DNA from: Candidatus Obscuribacterales bacterium
Lineage (GTDB): Bacteria > Cyanobacteriota > Vampirovibrionia > Obscuribacterales > Obscuribacteraceae
Assembly (NCBI GenBank): GCA_965228855.1
Contig: CBDDIJ010000002.1
Span: 2,176,001-2,240,000, forward strand
Direction of reading: 5' to 3'
Length of the DNA: 64,000 nucleotides
The number at the start of each line of letters is the position of its first letter. Position 1 is the stretch's first letter. The notes under the pieces were generated by a model. That model did not search any database. It was not told where the DNA came from and worked only from the letters and a program-made list of their open reading frames with translations. The position numbers and the translations under genes were made by a program. This document shows positions 48,864-60,774 of this stretch, one piece after another.

Positions 48864-49554
48864 GCTTCCGCCCATTCCAAGCCGTTCGGTAATTCGGCGC
48901 AATTGTATTCGAGGTGCAAAACCCGACGATGATCAGGTGATTCTGCTTTTGAAGAGGCGTGCAGAATAAGCGGTTTCATTGCGATTATGTCGCCGCGTTC
49001 CGCGGGGCAAAGCATCATTTCTCGTTCTGCTTTCATCTTTTCAATAGCGTCCGGCTCTAGCTTTCCGACGGAATGGGAACCGGGTATGAATTTAATGGCA
49101 CCATTCTCGATGGCACATGGGTCCAGATGAATGCGCAACGAAACCATCCGCTCAAGAATTTCTGAAGCGGTTGAACGTGTATGACGCCTTCTTTTACAGA
49201 CCACGGACCGTATCCTTCGGTTTTTACTTTCTTACGAACAGGAATGCTCAGGTCTTGATGCCAGGTCACGTACCAATTCGACTGAGGTGTTTTATCGAAA
49301 AGGATTCCGCGCACGACGGTCGGTTTGCCGTTAAGCAGTTGCGCTGCGATTTCAGCCGCAAGCCCTAGTGTAGCGAACTCATTGATTGTCTTGCTTTGCG
49401 ACAGCAGGTTTCTGAGCCCGGCCTGTGCTTGCTCTTTCCGAACAGCTTCCACCGCAGAGACAAGCATCTGAATCTGTTCCGCAGGAACGGCTCTCTTCAA
49501 AACAGCGAAGCCGTTTCGTTCTAAGCTGGTGAGTGTAGTTGTTGCGTTTTGCAC
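48860..49554 (-). pseudogene. phytanoyl-CoA dioxygenase-family gene split by a 1-nt frameshift (~49170)
   Basis: WHQD and HVQP in one frame; SEILERM, RIHLD, LHASSK, RRVLHLEY in another. Confidence 0.85.
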
Positions 49555-49587
49555 TCGCTAATTTTAGCACTCCCAATTCTGCGCTAA

Positions 49588-52500
49588 TTAGGGCAGCTGC
49601 GGAAATTGGGCTTTGCGCTTGATGGAGGCTTGTATTTGCTTGCTCAGATCGCTCTCATCGCTCAGCTGATACGCTTTTTCTTTGCTTAGAGAAAAGACGT
49701 GAAGGTCGATCTTTGTTTTGTGATCTTCGGAGCTGACTTTATAGAGGTTGTTGATTTCGCGAAGGGCGTCATACTGCGCTCCCTCTGGCACCGACACTCC
49801 TCCGCGCGGGAGTTCCAAGAATACAGCGTCATTCGAGAAATCACTGGAAACGGCATCCGGAAGTTTCGTCGGTATGCATTGCTCGTCCGTGCAGATTACT
49901 GTAAGACTGTGCACCACGAGGTCTTTGCCCATGGCTTTCGCGTCCTCGATAACTTTGAGGGCTTCTTCTGCATCTTTGACTTTGAACTTAGTTTGCTTTT
50001 CAGCTTCTTTCTCTGCTTTAGCAGGCAGGATGTCGCTTGCTTTTGGAAGTGTTGGCTCGAAGTTGAATGCTGGTTTTACTTCCGGTTTGACCTCTGGCTT
50101 CGTCGCTTCTGGTGGCGTAGGTAGTACCATTGGTTCTGGATTGATCTGTCGCGGTTGTGTGGGCGCTTCTGGCTTCACACCGAGTTCCGGCTTTGCTTCT
50201 GGCTGAACTGTCTCTTCCGGTTTAAAGTTTTCCGGTGTCACTTCTGGTTGAACCTGAGTTTCAGGTTTGACTTCAGTTTGAGGTGGTACCACCTGTGGTG
50301 GTGGTGCCTGTTCTGGTCTGCGGCTCTCGGGTTGCGGTGGAAGCTCAGGTTTTGCCTCGGGCTTGGTTTGCGGTTCTAGTTTAACCTCGGTCTCAGGTTT
50401 CACTTTCACTTCCGCTTCCGGTTTCACGTCCGGCTTCTTTTGCTCCGGTTCAGCCGGGGTTGCATCAGGCTTCGGAACCGCTGACTCCGGTGGTGGAACT
50501 GGTTTACCTTCGAGAAGCGCTCTAACAGCTGCCTCACTGTTCCCTTTCGATAGATCTACGCCGCTCTTTTTGAGGAAGCTAACAATCTCCTCAGGCGATT
50601 TTGCTGCTTCGGTGCAACCTTTTGGTTGACCAAAGTTGCCCGGCGCGAATGCGCTCAGATGCGAGCTTCCGTCTTGCGCGACGTCAGGGGTTCTCAGCAT
50701 AGCGTTCTTCAAAGCGTAGAACTTGCTGGTTTCAAGTCCGCGTTGCAGCATGCCATCGGCAGTCTGCCTGTTTATCTTAACTGCTGATGCCAGCCCATTC
50801 TCGCTGAGGTATTGCATCGCTTTTGCCAGATTCTCATTGGCACCTTTTCCGCTCTCCAGATACGAAAGCATCGGGACATTTTTTGCTTTCGCGGCTTGCT
50901 GGGCGGCTTGAACATCGGTTTCACTCATTACGCCGGGAGGAAGGGCCGACTCAGCTCCTCGAGTTTCTTTCGGTGCTGGACGGTCCTGTTGGCTATCGCT
51001 GCCCGGTGTGCCCTTGTTTGTGCCGAGGTTTTCTTTTCCAGCAGCTACCAGGTTGCGCAGGTGGTTTATATCACCGCCGTATCCGTTGAGCGAACGTCCG
51101 GAAGCGTCTTGTCTCAAAGGTCTCGACATGTCGTTCGGATTGTAGACTGCAACTTCGGGGAAGCGGCTGTTGTTGATCGGCATGATCTGGTTGATCATGT
51201 TGAACAGTGCAGGGTCGTTGCGCTGGATGTTGTCGCGAGTCGCTTCGTAGTTGAGTTTAACGATCACCGCATCAGTAGTCGGTTTGTTCTTGAGCTCGTT
51301 AGCAAAGCTGTCCACTGTCGAGCTGACTCTCGGGCAGTTGCCGCAGAAATCAGCGCCTTTATAGACGATCACGGGCAGATTATTGTCCTTGGCAGTTTGG
51401 ATTGCTTCGGCGAGGCTGTAGCTGTCAAATTTGAGCTTGTCCAGCTTAACCGGCTCTTTCTCAGGCTGCTTCTCTGTGTTGTCCTTCGGTGCGTCCGGAT
51501 TATCTTTCTGAGCATCCGGTTTTGGAGATTCCGGTTTCTCACTATCAGGTTTCGGACTGTCAGGCTTCGGCGCATCAGGTCCTACTTTCGGTGCATCAGG
51601 CTGCACAGGGGCATCTGGTTGCTGTGCAGGGGGCTTCACTTGACCAGCGAAAACAGTTTTGAGGTCGCCTGTTGCAGCGGCTTTTAAACTGTTCTTCGGA
51701 TCGTTTGCATTGAAATCAGTTGCGTTGAAACGGCCCATGAACCCAGGGTTCTGATAGAGATTGTTGACGTCGCCGCCTGCTCCGCACAGATTGGCGAGCT
51801 GCCAGTAATTTGTTGTCTCCAATCCTGCTCGCATCATCTGGTCCGCGTGTGCAAAATTGATATTGACGAATACGGCGTCGGCGGCATTCGCCTTCATAGC
51901 GTCTTGCTGGGCCTGATCGAGCTGACCGTTCGGCGATGAAAAAACATAGATAGGTTGATTCTTACTCTGCGCAAGTTTGATTGCTTCGCCAACATTGTTT
52001 TCGTTGAAAACCGGGTTAGGTTGCTTCGGCGCGTCGCCTGGTTGCGCTGGTTGATCTCCTGGCTTGACCGGCGCATCTGGTTTTACCGGTGCGTCCGGTT
52101 TTACAGTGCCGTCTGGCTTCGCTGGTGTATCCGGCTTGGGATCAGCGTCTTGGGGGGTGGTGGTATCGCCGGGCTTTGTCGGTTTCTGTTCAGGCGTCGT
52201 TGGAAACAGATCGCCTGGTACTGTCCACTCGCCGAACGGGTCGAATGGATCGTTTGTCTCGCCGCTCTTGGTGCCCTTTTCGTCAGGCTTGTTCACTTCA
52301 CCAGGTTTTGGAAGGTTAGTAAATTCTGGAGCGAAAGGATCTGTCAGCACGTCCGGGAGCTTGCCGTCGGCGGTTTTCGGCGGCGCCACCGGTCCAAGTT
52401 CGTTAAACTCTCGACCAAACGGGTCAGTAGTAATATCAAGGTCGGTGTCGCTCTTTTCGCTCTTAGTGCCGGTCGCTGGCGTGTCAGTGGGCTGAGAATC

Positions 52501-52596
52501 GGCGAACAGCTTCATGTCCACATCGGTTGGAATTGTTTCGTCGCGCTCCGATTTGTCCAGTTTCGCCGGGGTATTGTCTGCCGCTTTTGCGCTCAT
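49588..52596 (-). CDS. large Pro-rich protein with four thioredoxin-like modules (one CGNC)
   Basis: Repeated EA...AK..N.P...(F/Y) starts; GADFCGNC in module 2; KPE/KPD linkers. Confidence 0.8.
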   Translation of the reverse strand: MSAKAADNTPAKLDKSERDETIPTDVDMKLFADSQPTDTPATGTKSEKSDTDLDITTDPFGREFNELGPVAPPKTADGKLPDVLTDPFAPEFTNLPKPGEVNKPDEKGTKSGETNDPFDPFGEWTVPGDLFPTTPEQKPTKPGDTTTPQDADPKPDTPAKPDGTVKPDAPVKPDAPVKPGDQPAQPGDAPKQPNPVFNENNVGEAIKLAQSKNQPIYVFSSPNGQLDQAQQDAMKANAADAVFVNINFAHADQMMRAGLETTNYWQLANLCGAGGDVNNLYQNPGFMGRFNATDFNANDPKNSLKAAATGDLKTVFAGQVKPPAQQPDAPVQPDAPKVGPDAPKPDSPKPDSEKPESPKPDAQKDNPDAPKDNTEKQPEKEPVKLDKLKFDSYSLAEAIQTAKDNNLPVIVYKGADFCGNCPRVSSTVDSFANELKNKPTTDAVIVKLNYEATRDNIQRNDPALFNMINQIMPINNSRFPEVAVYNPNDMSRPLRQDASGRSLNGYGGDINHLRNLVAAGKENLGTNKGTPGSDSQQDRPAPKETRGAESALPPGVMSETDVQAAQQAAKAKNVPMLSYLESGKGANENLAKAMQYLSENGLASAVKINRQTADGMLQRGLETSKFYALKNAMLRTPDVAQDGSSHLSAFAPGNFGQPKGCTEAAKSPEEIVSFLKKSGVDLSKGNSEAAVRALLEGKPVPPPESAVPKPDATPAEPEQKKPDVKPEAEVKVKPETEVKLEPQTKPEAKPELPPQPESRRPEQAPPPQVVPPQTEVKPETQVQPEVTPENFKPEETVQPEAKPELGVKPEAPTQPRQINPEPMVLPTPPEATKPEVKPEVKPAFNFEPTLPKASDILPAKAEKEAEKQTKFKVKDAEEALKVIEDAKAMGKDLVVHSLTVICTDEQCIPTKLPDAVSSDFSNDAVFLELPRGGVSVPEGAQYDALREINNLYKVSSEDHKTKIDLHVFSLSKEKAYQLSDESDLSKQIQASIKRKAQFPQLP

Positions 52597-52848
52597 CGGG
52601 GGTTTGCCTCGCTAACAACTTCGGACTTCAGACTAAGGAGAATTTGTGTAGTTTTAGTATCCAAATTTGCCTTGCCGGGCAAAGATTTGCGGTTTTTACG
52701 GTCCCGAAAAGCAGATTTAATTTTGGCGGTCACCAACAAAAGCGTCGCTTCGTTCATACTCACCCTTTGAAATTACGATATTTCGTCGATTGACCTGGAA
52801 TCAGTCGTCGCTAATCCTTTGAATAAACCTGTAGACTGGGAGGCAACC

Positions 52849-53448
52849 GTGACCGACAAACCTAAAGTGCTTTGCTTTGCAGGAAGCTTGCGTAAAGACT
52901 CACACAACAAGAAACTCGCCAGGTTGGCTGCCAGGCTAGTGGACGAGGCTGGTGGCCTAGCTACCTTTATCGATCTGAAGGACTTCGACTTACCTTTATA
53001 TGATGGTGATATTGAGTCGGAAAGCGGTCTGCCGGAAAACGCCAAAAAGCTCAAGAAAATCATGAAAGAGCATCAGGCGTTTTTGATTGCATCGCCTGAA
53101 TACAACAGCGCGCTTTCAGCCGTTTTGAAGAACGCAATCGACTGGACCTCGCGTCCTGAACAGGGTGAGAAAAGTCTCGAAGCCTATACCGGCAAAGTTG
53201 CCGGATTGTTGGCCGCCTCGCCTGGCGCGATGGGTGGTCTTCGCGGATTGGTCGGTTTGCGCTCGATTCTCGGAAATATCGGCGTCATCTTGATTCCCGA
53301 TCAAATCGCCATCTCGCAGGCGCACGAAGCATTTGATGATGACGGCTCCTTGAAGGATTCGAAGAAGCAGGAAACAGTTAAGCGCATTGCCTCGCGTGTC
53401 GTCGAAGTCGCCGGCGCGCTGGCGAAGCCGGTCGCCGTTTCCAAATAG
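52849..53448 (+). CDS. NAD(P)H-dependent FMN reductase (ChrR/SsuE family)
   Basis: GSLRKDSHN, SPEYN, LKNAIDWTSR, SPGAMGGLRG; GGGAGG RBS before GTG. Confidence 0.93.
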   Translation: MTDKPKVLCFAGSLRKDSHNKKLARLAARLVDEAGGLATFIDLKDFDLPLYDGDIESESGLPENAKKLKKIMKEHQAFLIASPEYNSALSAVLKNAIDWTSRPEQGEKSLEAYTGKVAGLLAASPGAMGGLRGLVGLRSILGNIGVILIPDQIAISQAHEAFDDDGSLKDSKKQETVKRIASRVVEVAGALAKPVAVSK

Positions 53449-53624
53449 ATCAAGACTGCCGCCCGATGCCGTCAGGTCCACCCTGGCGTGATTTTGTGCG
53501 CTTATGAAAATTGACTTATGCGCGTTTTCGGCGTTGGCGGTTAAACTTATGTGATTCGGCCACATGGTCATAGCGCTGCTGACACGCCTCTCTATCGGTC
53601 GTGGGCATAGACGGGGTGTTTGTT

Positions 53625-54359
53625 ATGCATCTGGCGAAATGCCTGTTGAGTGAGTTTCTGGGTACTGCATTTTTGCTTGCCACGGTCGTCGGCTCTGGTG
53701 CTTTGATGCACAAGATTGATGGCGGTAATGTTGCTCTCACCGTCATGGGTGTTGCCCTTGCTACCGGATGTGTCTTGCTCGCTTTGATAAACACATTCGG
53801 CTCGATTTCGGCGCAATTCAATCCTGTTGTCACATTGCTCTCCGCTGTTCAAAAGAATCTGAAGTGGGAGAGTGTGGCGCCGTACATCGTGGTTCAAATC
53901 ATTGGCGCTATTGTCGGAGTGTTAGTCGCTAACATCATGTTCGAGGTGCAACCGTTTGCGATGTCCAGCGATGCGCGCACCGGTTATGGACAGTGGGCTG
54001 GAGAAATCATTGCCACGTTTGGTTTGGTTGGAACAATCATTGGCTGTTCTCGTTCGAAACCGGATGCGGTGCCCACATCAGTCGCTGCTTATGTAGCCGG
54101 CGCAATAATGTTCACCTCATCTACGTGCTTCGCCAATCCTGCTGTGACGATTTCGCGGATGTTCACTACGACGATAACCGGAATCAGAGCCGTCGACGTT
54201 GTTCCGTTTATTGTATTTGAACTGCTCGGAGCCGCGCTTGCCTACGGCGTCTTCACGTGGCTCTTCCGCGACGACAAACCGGTTGTGCCGGACACTTTTG
54301 TTCCAGGCGAAAAACATTTGCGACTGCTCGCAAACGAACCGTCGGATCTGATCTCCTGA
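53625..54359 (+). CDS. MIP/aquaporin-family channel (NPV/NPA)
   Basis: EFLGTAFLL, SAQFNPVVT, FANPAVT. Confidence 0.92.
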   Translation: MHLAKCLLSEFLGTAFLLATVVGSGALMHKIDGGNVALTVMGVALATGCVLLALINTFGSISAQFNPVVTLLSAVQKNLKWESVAPYIVVQIIGAIVGVLVANIMFEVQPFAMSSDARTGYGQWAGEIIATFGLVGTIIGCSRSKPDAVPTSVAAYVAGAIMFTSSTCFANPAVTISRMFTTTITGIRAVDVVPFIVFELLGAALAYGVFTWLFRDDKPVVPDTFVPGEKHLRLLANEPSDLIS

Positions 54360-54444
54360 GAAGCGTCCATATGTGTGGGATTGCTGACTGGGGTATAGTC
54401 AGTTGCGCTTGCGTTCTTCTGCATGCCGGAACTCAGTAGATTAT

Positions 54445-55602
54445 CTACCAGGCTGCCCTTCGCTTAGCTGGTCTCAGCGAGCGAACTGGAGTCTCTGGTT
54501 GTTTTGCACCTTCAAGTTCGAGCTTCCGTCCAATCACCTTTTCGATGTCGCGCATCAAGAAGATTTGTTCGTCCGACACGAATGAGTATGCTATGCCGGA
54601 ACGTCCTGCTCGACCGGTTCTACCGATGCGATGAACATAGTCTTCTGGCGAGTCAGGCAGATCGTAGTTGATGACGTGACTGATGTCCGGGATGTCCAGA
54701 CCGCGTGCGGCGATGTCCGTCGCGACGAGTACTTTGAATGCGCCTTTGCGATAACGCGAAAGAGTCTTCTCTCTTTGGCTCTGGGTGATGTCCCCGTGAA
54801 TTTCCTCTGCTGGAATTTGGGCGTCACGGAGTCGATCCATTACCCACGTCGCTTTGCGTTTGGTCTGCGTGAAAACGATCACTGATGTGCTCAGATCTCG
54901 GATTAGTTTTGCAAGTAATTCGTCCTTGCTGAACTCGTGTACGCGGAACATCTTTTGTTTGATTTCTTTGGGCTCGATTTGATTTGAATTAACACGAACA
55001 GTGACCGGATTTCGCAGAAACTCGCGAGCTAACATTTCAACTTTGCCGTCGATGGTGGCGGAGAACATCAATGTCTGACGCTCCTTCGACAGAGTTTTAA
55101 CTATGCGTCTGACTTGCGGCATGAATCCCATGTCTAGAAGTCTGTCCGCCTCATCCAGTACCAGCATCTCGATACCGGCGAGACTAACCGTTTTTCTCTC
55201 TAAATAATCGAGCATGCGGCCAGGTGTTGCGACGATTATGTCAGCGGTTTTTAGACCAGCTTTTTGTTTTTCGTAGCCGACGCCACCATATACGGTGACA
55301 CTGCGCAGCTTCCTGTGTTTTGCGAATTTCTCGAATTGTTCTTGCACCTGAAGCGCGAGTTCGCGCGTCGGAAGTAGAATCAGAGCTCTCGGATGGTGCT
55401 CCGGTTCGTCCAGACATTCAATGATTGGCAGAGCATAGGCTGCCGTCTTACCGGAACCGGTCTCAGCGGATGCCATTATGTCCTGCCCCGACATCGTCAG
55501 CCCGATCGTTTTATCTTGAATTTCAGTAGGTATCGTATAGCCGCATTCTGTCAACGCGGTAAGTGTCGGCTTGGAAAATCCAAGCTCTGCGAATGTAGTC
55601 AA
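54445..55602 (-). CDS. DEAD-box RNA helicase (RhlE-like)
   Basis: AETGSGKT, PTRELA, TPGR, DEAD, SAT, ARGLD, HRIGRTGR; TTG start with AAGGA RBS. Confidence 0.96.
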   Translation of the reverse strand: MTTFAELGFSKPTLTALTECGYTIPTEIQDKTIGLTMSGQDIMASAETGSGKTAAYALPIIECLDEPEHHPRALILLPTRELALQVQEQFEKFAKHRKLRSVTVYGGVGYEKQKAGLKTADIIVATPGRMLDYLERKTVSLAGIEMLVLDEADRLLDMGFMPQVRRIVKTLSKERQTLMFSATIDGKVEMLAREFLRNPVTVRVNSNQIEPKEIKQKMFRVHEFSKDELLAKLIRDLSTSVIVFTQTKRKATWVMDRLRDAQIPAEEIHGDITQSQREKTLSRYRKGAFKVLVATDIAARGLDIPDISHVINYDLPDSPEDYVHRIGRTGRAGRSGIAYSFVSDEQIFLMRDIEKVIGRKLELEGAKQPETPVRSLRPAKRRAAW

Positions 55603-55759
55603 TGTATGTTCCTTATTGCAACCATTGGCTTGTTAGCCAACTCATTTCGATAAAATCGGGAAACTTGTGATCCAGTCAACGCCTGTTCTTTTCTTTCCGT
55701 AGACCGAACCGCGATTCAAAAACGTCTTTCGTTTGCCGTTTCCCATCACTAATCGCCTT

Positions 55760-55788
55760 AGTATCTCATATTTAACCTTAGATGTCAA
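55760..55788 (-). promoter_or_regulatory. sigma70-type promoter for helicase, ~150-nt leader
   Basis: TTGACA-17-GATACT on minus strand. Confidence 0.55.
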
Positions 55789-55884
55789 AAGAACCACGCA
55801 AGCAACGTTACTCCAGACCCGTTTTAGAACGTCTCCCTTCTTAGAAGCTCCAACTACTTACAGGCTCCGACTATCTTGAGGCTT

Positions 55885-56610
55885 CTAGTGGTTACGCACC
55901 TCTTTTTTAAATATGACGCATGGTGAGATGAACGCATCCTCAAACATTCCGCAAGGCGTCCATGCCTTACTGGTGCGGTTTTCAACAATCTCCGTCAGTG
56001 TGTTTTTATTATTGAACACTCCGCCGAATGCGTGCTCCACCGCGTACTGATAATTTTTACCTTCCGATTTAGTCATCAGGACCAGCGTCGGGCTGAGTCC
56101 TCCGTGAACGACACATTGCAAAGTGAGATCGTTTTTCATCTCTTGTGATGCTAATTCATGTTCTATCGTGGTGGCTGTATGTTCGAATAGCCCGATTGGG
56201 ACCGTTACAAGCTTGATTTGCATGTCGCTACACGGTTCGTACGATTTGCGGTAAACAACAACCGGTTTCGAAATCAAACTGTCAACGATACAAGCCGGAA
56301 TCCAGTTCTCCGCAAGTTTTTGCCAGAGCCGTTCACTTATATAAGACACTTCGTCGATACCGGCAGGTACGTCAAGCGTCTCGATTGTGTACCGGAGAAC
56401 CGTTCTTGGGTCTCGGACTTTTCTAAAAACCATTAATGTTTGGCGTACTTCGTCACCGCAAGTGTCGACAATCTCCCAGCCTTCAAGAGAACGTTGCAAA
56501 ATGAGGCGGGCTAAAGACTCCATTTCGTCTTCTTCGGGAAAGCGCTTGCGGACTGGTTCCACAATGTGATCGCACAGTACGAAACTGTTCGCTGTCGTAG
56601 ATGTAATCAT
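55885..56610 (-). CDS. hypothetical protein with four ~50-aa internal repeats (DUF4177-like)
   Basis: GWEIV..VFRK / NWIP..VYRK / LTLQ..LMTK / AWTP..IFKK; GGAGG RBS. Confidence 0.7.
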   Translation of the reverse strand: MITSTTANSFVLCDHIVEPVRKRFPEEDEMESLARLILQRSLEGWEIVDTCGDEVRQTLMVFRKVRDPRTVLRYTIETLDVPAGIDEVSYISERLWQKLAENWIPACIVDSLISKPVVVYRKSYEPCSDMQIKLVTVPIGLFEHTATTIEHELASQEMKNDLTLQCVVHGGLSPTLVLMTKSEGKNYQYAVEHAFGGVFNNKNTLTEIVENRTSKAWTPCGMFEDAFISPCVIFKKEVRNH

Positions 56611-56863
56611 GTTGTCCCTCCAATTGGGTGTTTTGATGTTGGCTGAGGGCGGAAGCCGAATCTGTTAGATGTCAACGAGACAGAGCGAAGAGAATTTTTG
56701 TTCCCACTGTTTCGAATTTTATTAACTGAATGAGACCTCTAATCTGAGGCTGGCAGCCGAATTCGTGATATTCTGACCTGGCCGTCGACCGATGGTCAGA
56801 GGAATAGCATTCAGCGCAATGCGCCTTCTTGTAACCGTTTACGGAGCTTTTCCGAAAGTTTCA

Positions 56864-57850
56864 ATGCGAGAAAACTGGAGCCGAGCTAGTCAAACACTTG
56901 AGTTCACTACGGACGAACTCACCAAGATGATCGCCCCAATTTTGCCCAAGCGGAAGGTGGTGGCCAGTTTCTACGCTCAAGGTGGACTGGCTAATACTAA
57001 TATTCGTTTGAAACTCAGTGATACTCAGACGCCACTAATGCTGCGGGTGTTCACTCGCGATCCTTCGCAGGCGGAGAAAGAATATCAAATCTATCAGCGC
57101 ATCAAAGGTCTGGTGCCTGTCCCGCAAGTGTACTTCTATTCCCCGACAAATCCAGTCTCCGGCCATCCTTACTCGATTATGCAAGTAGTCGAAGGCGATC
57201 GGTTGGAAACTCTTGTGGAAGGGCTGGATGACAGCTGGAGCGTGGAGGTAGGTCGAAGTGTGGGCGATGCACTTGCCGCCATCCATAGTGTCACATTTGA
57301 GCGCGCTGGATTTTTCGACGGGCAGTTGAACATAGTGACGCCAATCTCCCTGGGCGCAGATGGCTTTGTCGGTTTCGCTCAGAGTTGTGTTGAACAGAGT
57401 ATCGTACAGCAGCGTCTCGGCATTGATGTCGTTCATCAACTAATGACGTTAGTCAAATCGCAGTTGTCAGAGTTCGATTCGTGGCGCTCTGCTGCTTGTT
57501 TGACTCACGCGGATTTTGGTGGGTCTAATATCCTTGTGCGTAAACAACACGAAGGCTGGAAAGTGAGTGCTGTACTTGATTGGGAGTTTGCGCTCAGTGC
57601 GAGCCCATTCATGGATTTCGGTAATCTTTTGCGTAAACCGCTTGGTTCTGTTTACTCATTTGAAAGTTCCGTCTACGAAGGATACACCGCGCGTGGTGGC
57701 AGACTGCCGGATAATTGGCGCAAGCTCAGTAAACTCGTCGACTTGACCGCGTGGTTGGATTTCCTTACCAGACCTACTGCCAACGAAAGGTTGATCGAAG
57801 ATGCTCGCGCTGTTATCCTCGAAACGATAAACGAACACCGCTCGCGTTAG
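56864..57850 (+). CDS. aminoglycoside-phosphotransferase/choline-kinase-family protein
   Basis: GGLANTN, HADFGGSNIL, LDWEF. Confidence 0.9.
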   Translation: MRENWSRASQTLEFTTDELTKMIAPILPKRKVVASFYAQGGLANTNIRLKLSDTQTPLMLRVFTRDPSQAEKEYQIYQRIKGLVPVPQVYFYSPTNPVSGHPYSIMQVVEGDRLETLVEGLDDSWSVEVGRSVGDALAAIHSVTFERAGFFDGQLNIVTPISLGADGFVGFAQSCVEQSIVQQRLGIDVVHQLMTLVKSQLSEFDSWRSAACLTHADFGGSNILVRKQHEGWKVSAVLDWEFALSASPFMDFGNLLRKPLGSVYSFESSVYEGYTARGGRLPDNWRKLSKLVDLTAWLDFLTRPTANERLIEDARAVILETINEHRSR

Positions 57851-57962
57851 GCTATGACCTATCAACATTCACCTGCAACGAGCCGCGACTGAAATTGTGT
57901 TGTTCAAGATTGTTTCTTGTAAATTGGTGGCATAGGAAAGATGGTGCGTTTACGGAGACAAC

Positions 57963-58505
57963 ATGCGAAGCATCGCTTTCTTTCTCATTGTCCTTGGCGT
58001 TTCATACTTTGTGCTTACAGGCATCGAGTATGCTCGCAACATCCAGGCACAAAATTGGATTGAAACCGATGGCGTCGTCGTCAAGGCAATCAATAGCATT
58101 CCGCTCACCAAGTACGAGCCCAATCGATTGAATAACATTTGCTTGCTGGTCAATTGGTCGTACGTTAAGTATGGCTATTCAATCGGTGCCGGTCATTACG
58201 ATGGTGAATCTGAGCTTGGACCGCACCTGACCATGTTTGATTACATGGTCGGGCCGATTGCGGTTCGCTTACCAGACGGTGAGGTTATCAAAGTGCGCTA
58301 CAACCCGCGCAACCCTAACGAGTCCCGTTTACCGCTCGATGTCTTTCACCCGATCGAGATGTTTTTCGGAACGGCATGCGTTTTTTTCGTATCCGGACTG
58401 CTGCTCTATTACATGAGTAAGATATCGGTCACCGCCGAAGGTGACGACGATGAGTTGAACAAACCGCTAGAGTATTTCGAGAAAAAACGCCGCCAAATTA
58501 AGTAA
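57963..58505 (+). CDS. DUF3592-like membrane protein
   Basis: TM, W.ETDG.V, Y.Y, VRYNPRNPNES, TM. Confidence 0.75.
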   Translation: MRSIAFFLIVLGVSYFVLTGIEYARNIQAQNWIETDGVVVKAINSIPLTKYEPNRLNNICLLVNWSYVKYGYSIGAGHYDGESELGPHLTMFDYMVGPIAVRLPDGEVIKVRYNPRNPNESRLPLDVFHPIEMFFGTACVFFVSGLLLYYMSKISVTAEGDDDELNKPLEYFEKKRRQIK

Positions 58506-58547
58506 AGCGCCGTTTCTCGGAAGTTGAGTCGATCGACTCCGAGTCGG

Positions 58548-60335
<1,788 letters not shown>

Positions 60336-60409
60336 TTACATAGGGAGACGTGGGGACCGAAACCTTTCGTGATTCCAATCCCTGCTCGTTGTTTACTCTG
60401 TTTCATGTC

Positions 60410-60706
60410 TTAGTCCCCTATCCTCGGGACCCTGAAGAAGGCTTTTCCATCGACTTCTTCGCTGTCGGGAGCCGTCTCCAGCAAGGGCGCATGGCCAGGA
60501 GGTGGGACGACGACGTCCTCTCTCAACACGTTAACAACAGGCAGGGCGTGCGACATGGGTTCAACACCGGTAGTGTCGACTTTATCGAGTTGTCCGAAAT
60601 ATTCGATGATGCGGCTGAGCTGGTTGGTGTAAAGGCGCTTTTCATCTTCTGTTAGCGCCAATCTGGCCAGCTTCGCGACATGCTCGACATCTTTGGAGGT
60701 GATCAT
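60410..60706 (-). CDS. gatC: Asp/Glu-tRNA amidotransferase subunit C
   Basis: VEHVAKLARL, VDTTGVEP, LRED, FRVPRI. Confidence 0.95.
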   Translation of the reverse strand: MITSKDVEHVAKLARLALTEDEKRLYTNQLSRIIEYFGQLDKVDTTGVEPMSHALPVVNVLREDVVVPPPGHAPLLETAPDSEEVDGKAFFRVPRIGD

Positions 60707-60774
60707 CTCAAGTCCATGTTTAAGTTATGCCCGAACGCTTTCTGCTATTCTGCCATGAAGATTGCCTGGTGTGA

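Noticed and set aside
47610..52770. Long antisense ORFs (47610..48545, 50812..51687, 51955..52770)
   Set aside because: Shadow frames of low-complexity genes on the opposite strand
60410..60706. gatC without gatA/gatB
   Set aside because: Dispersed gat genes are common in cyanobacteria-related lineages; not unusual
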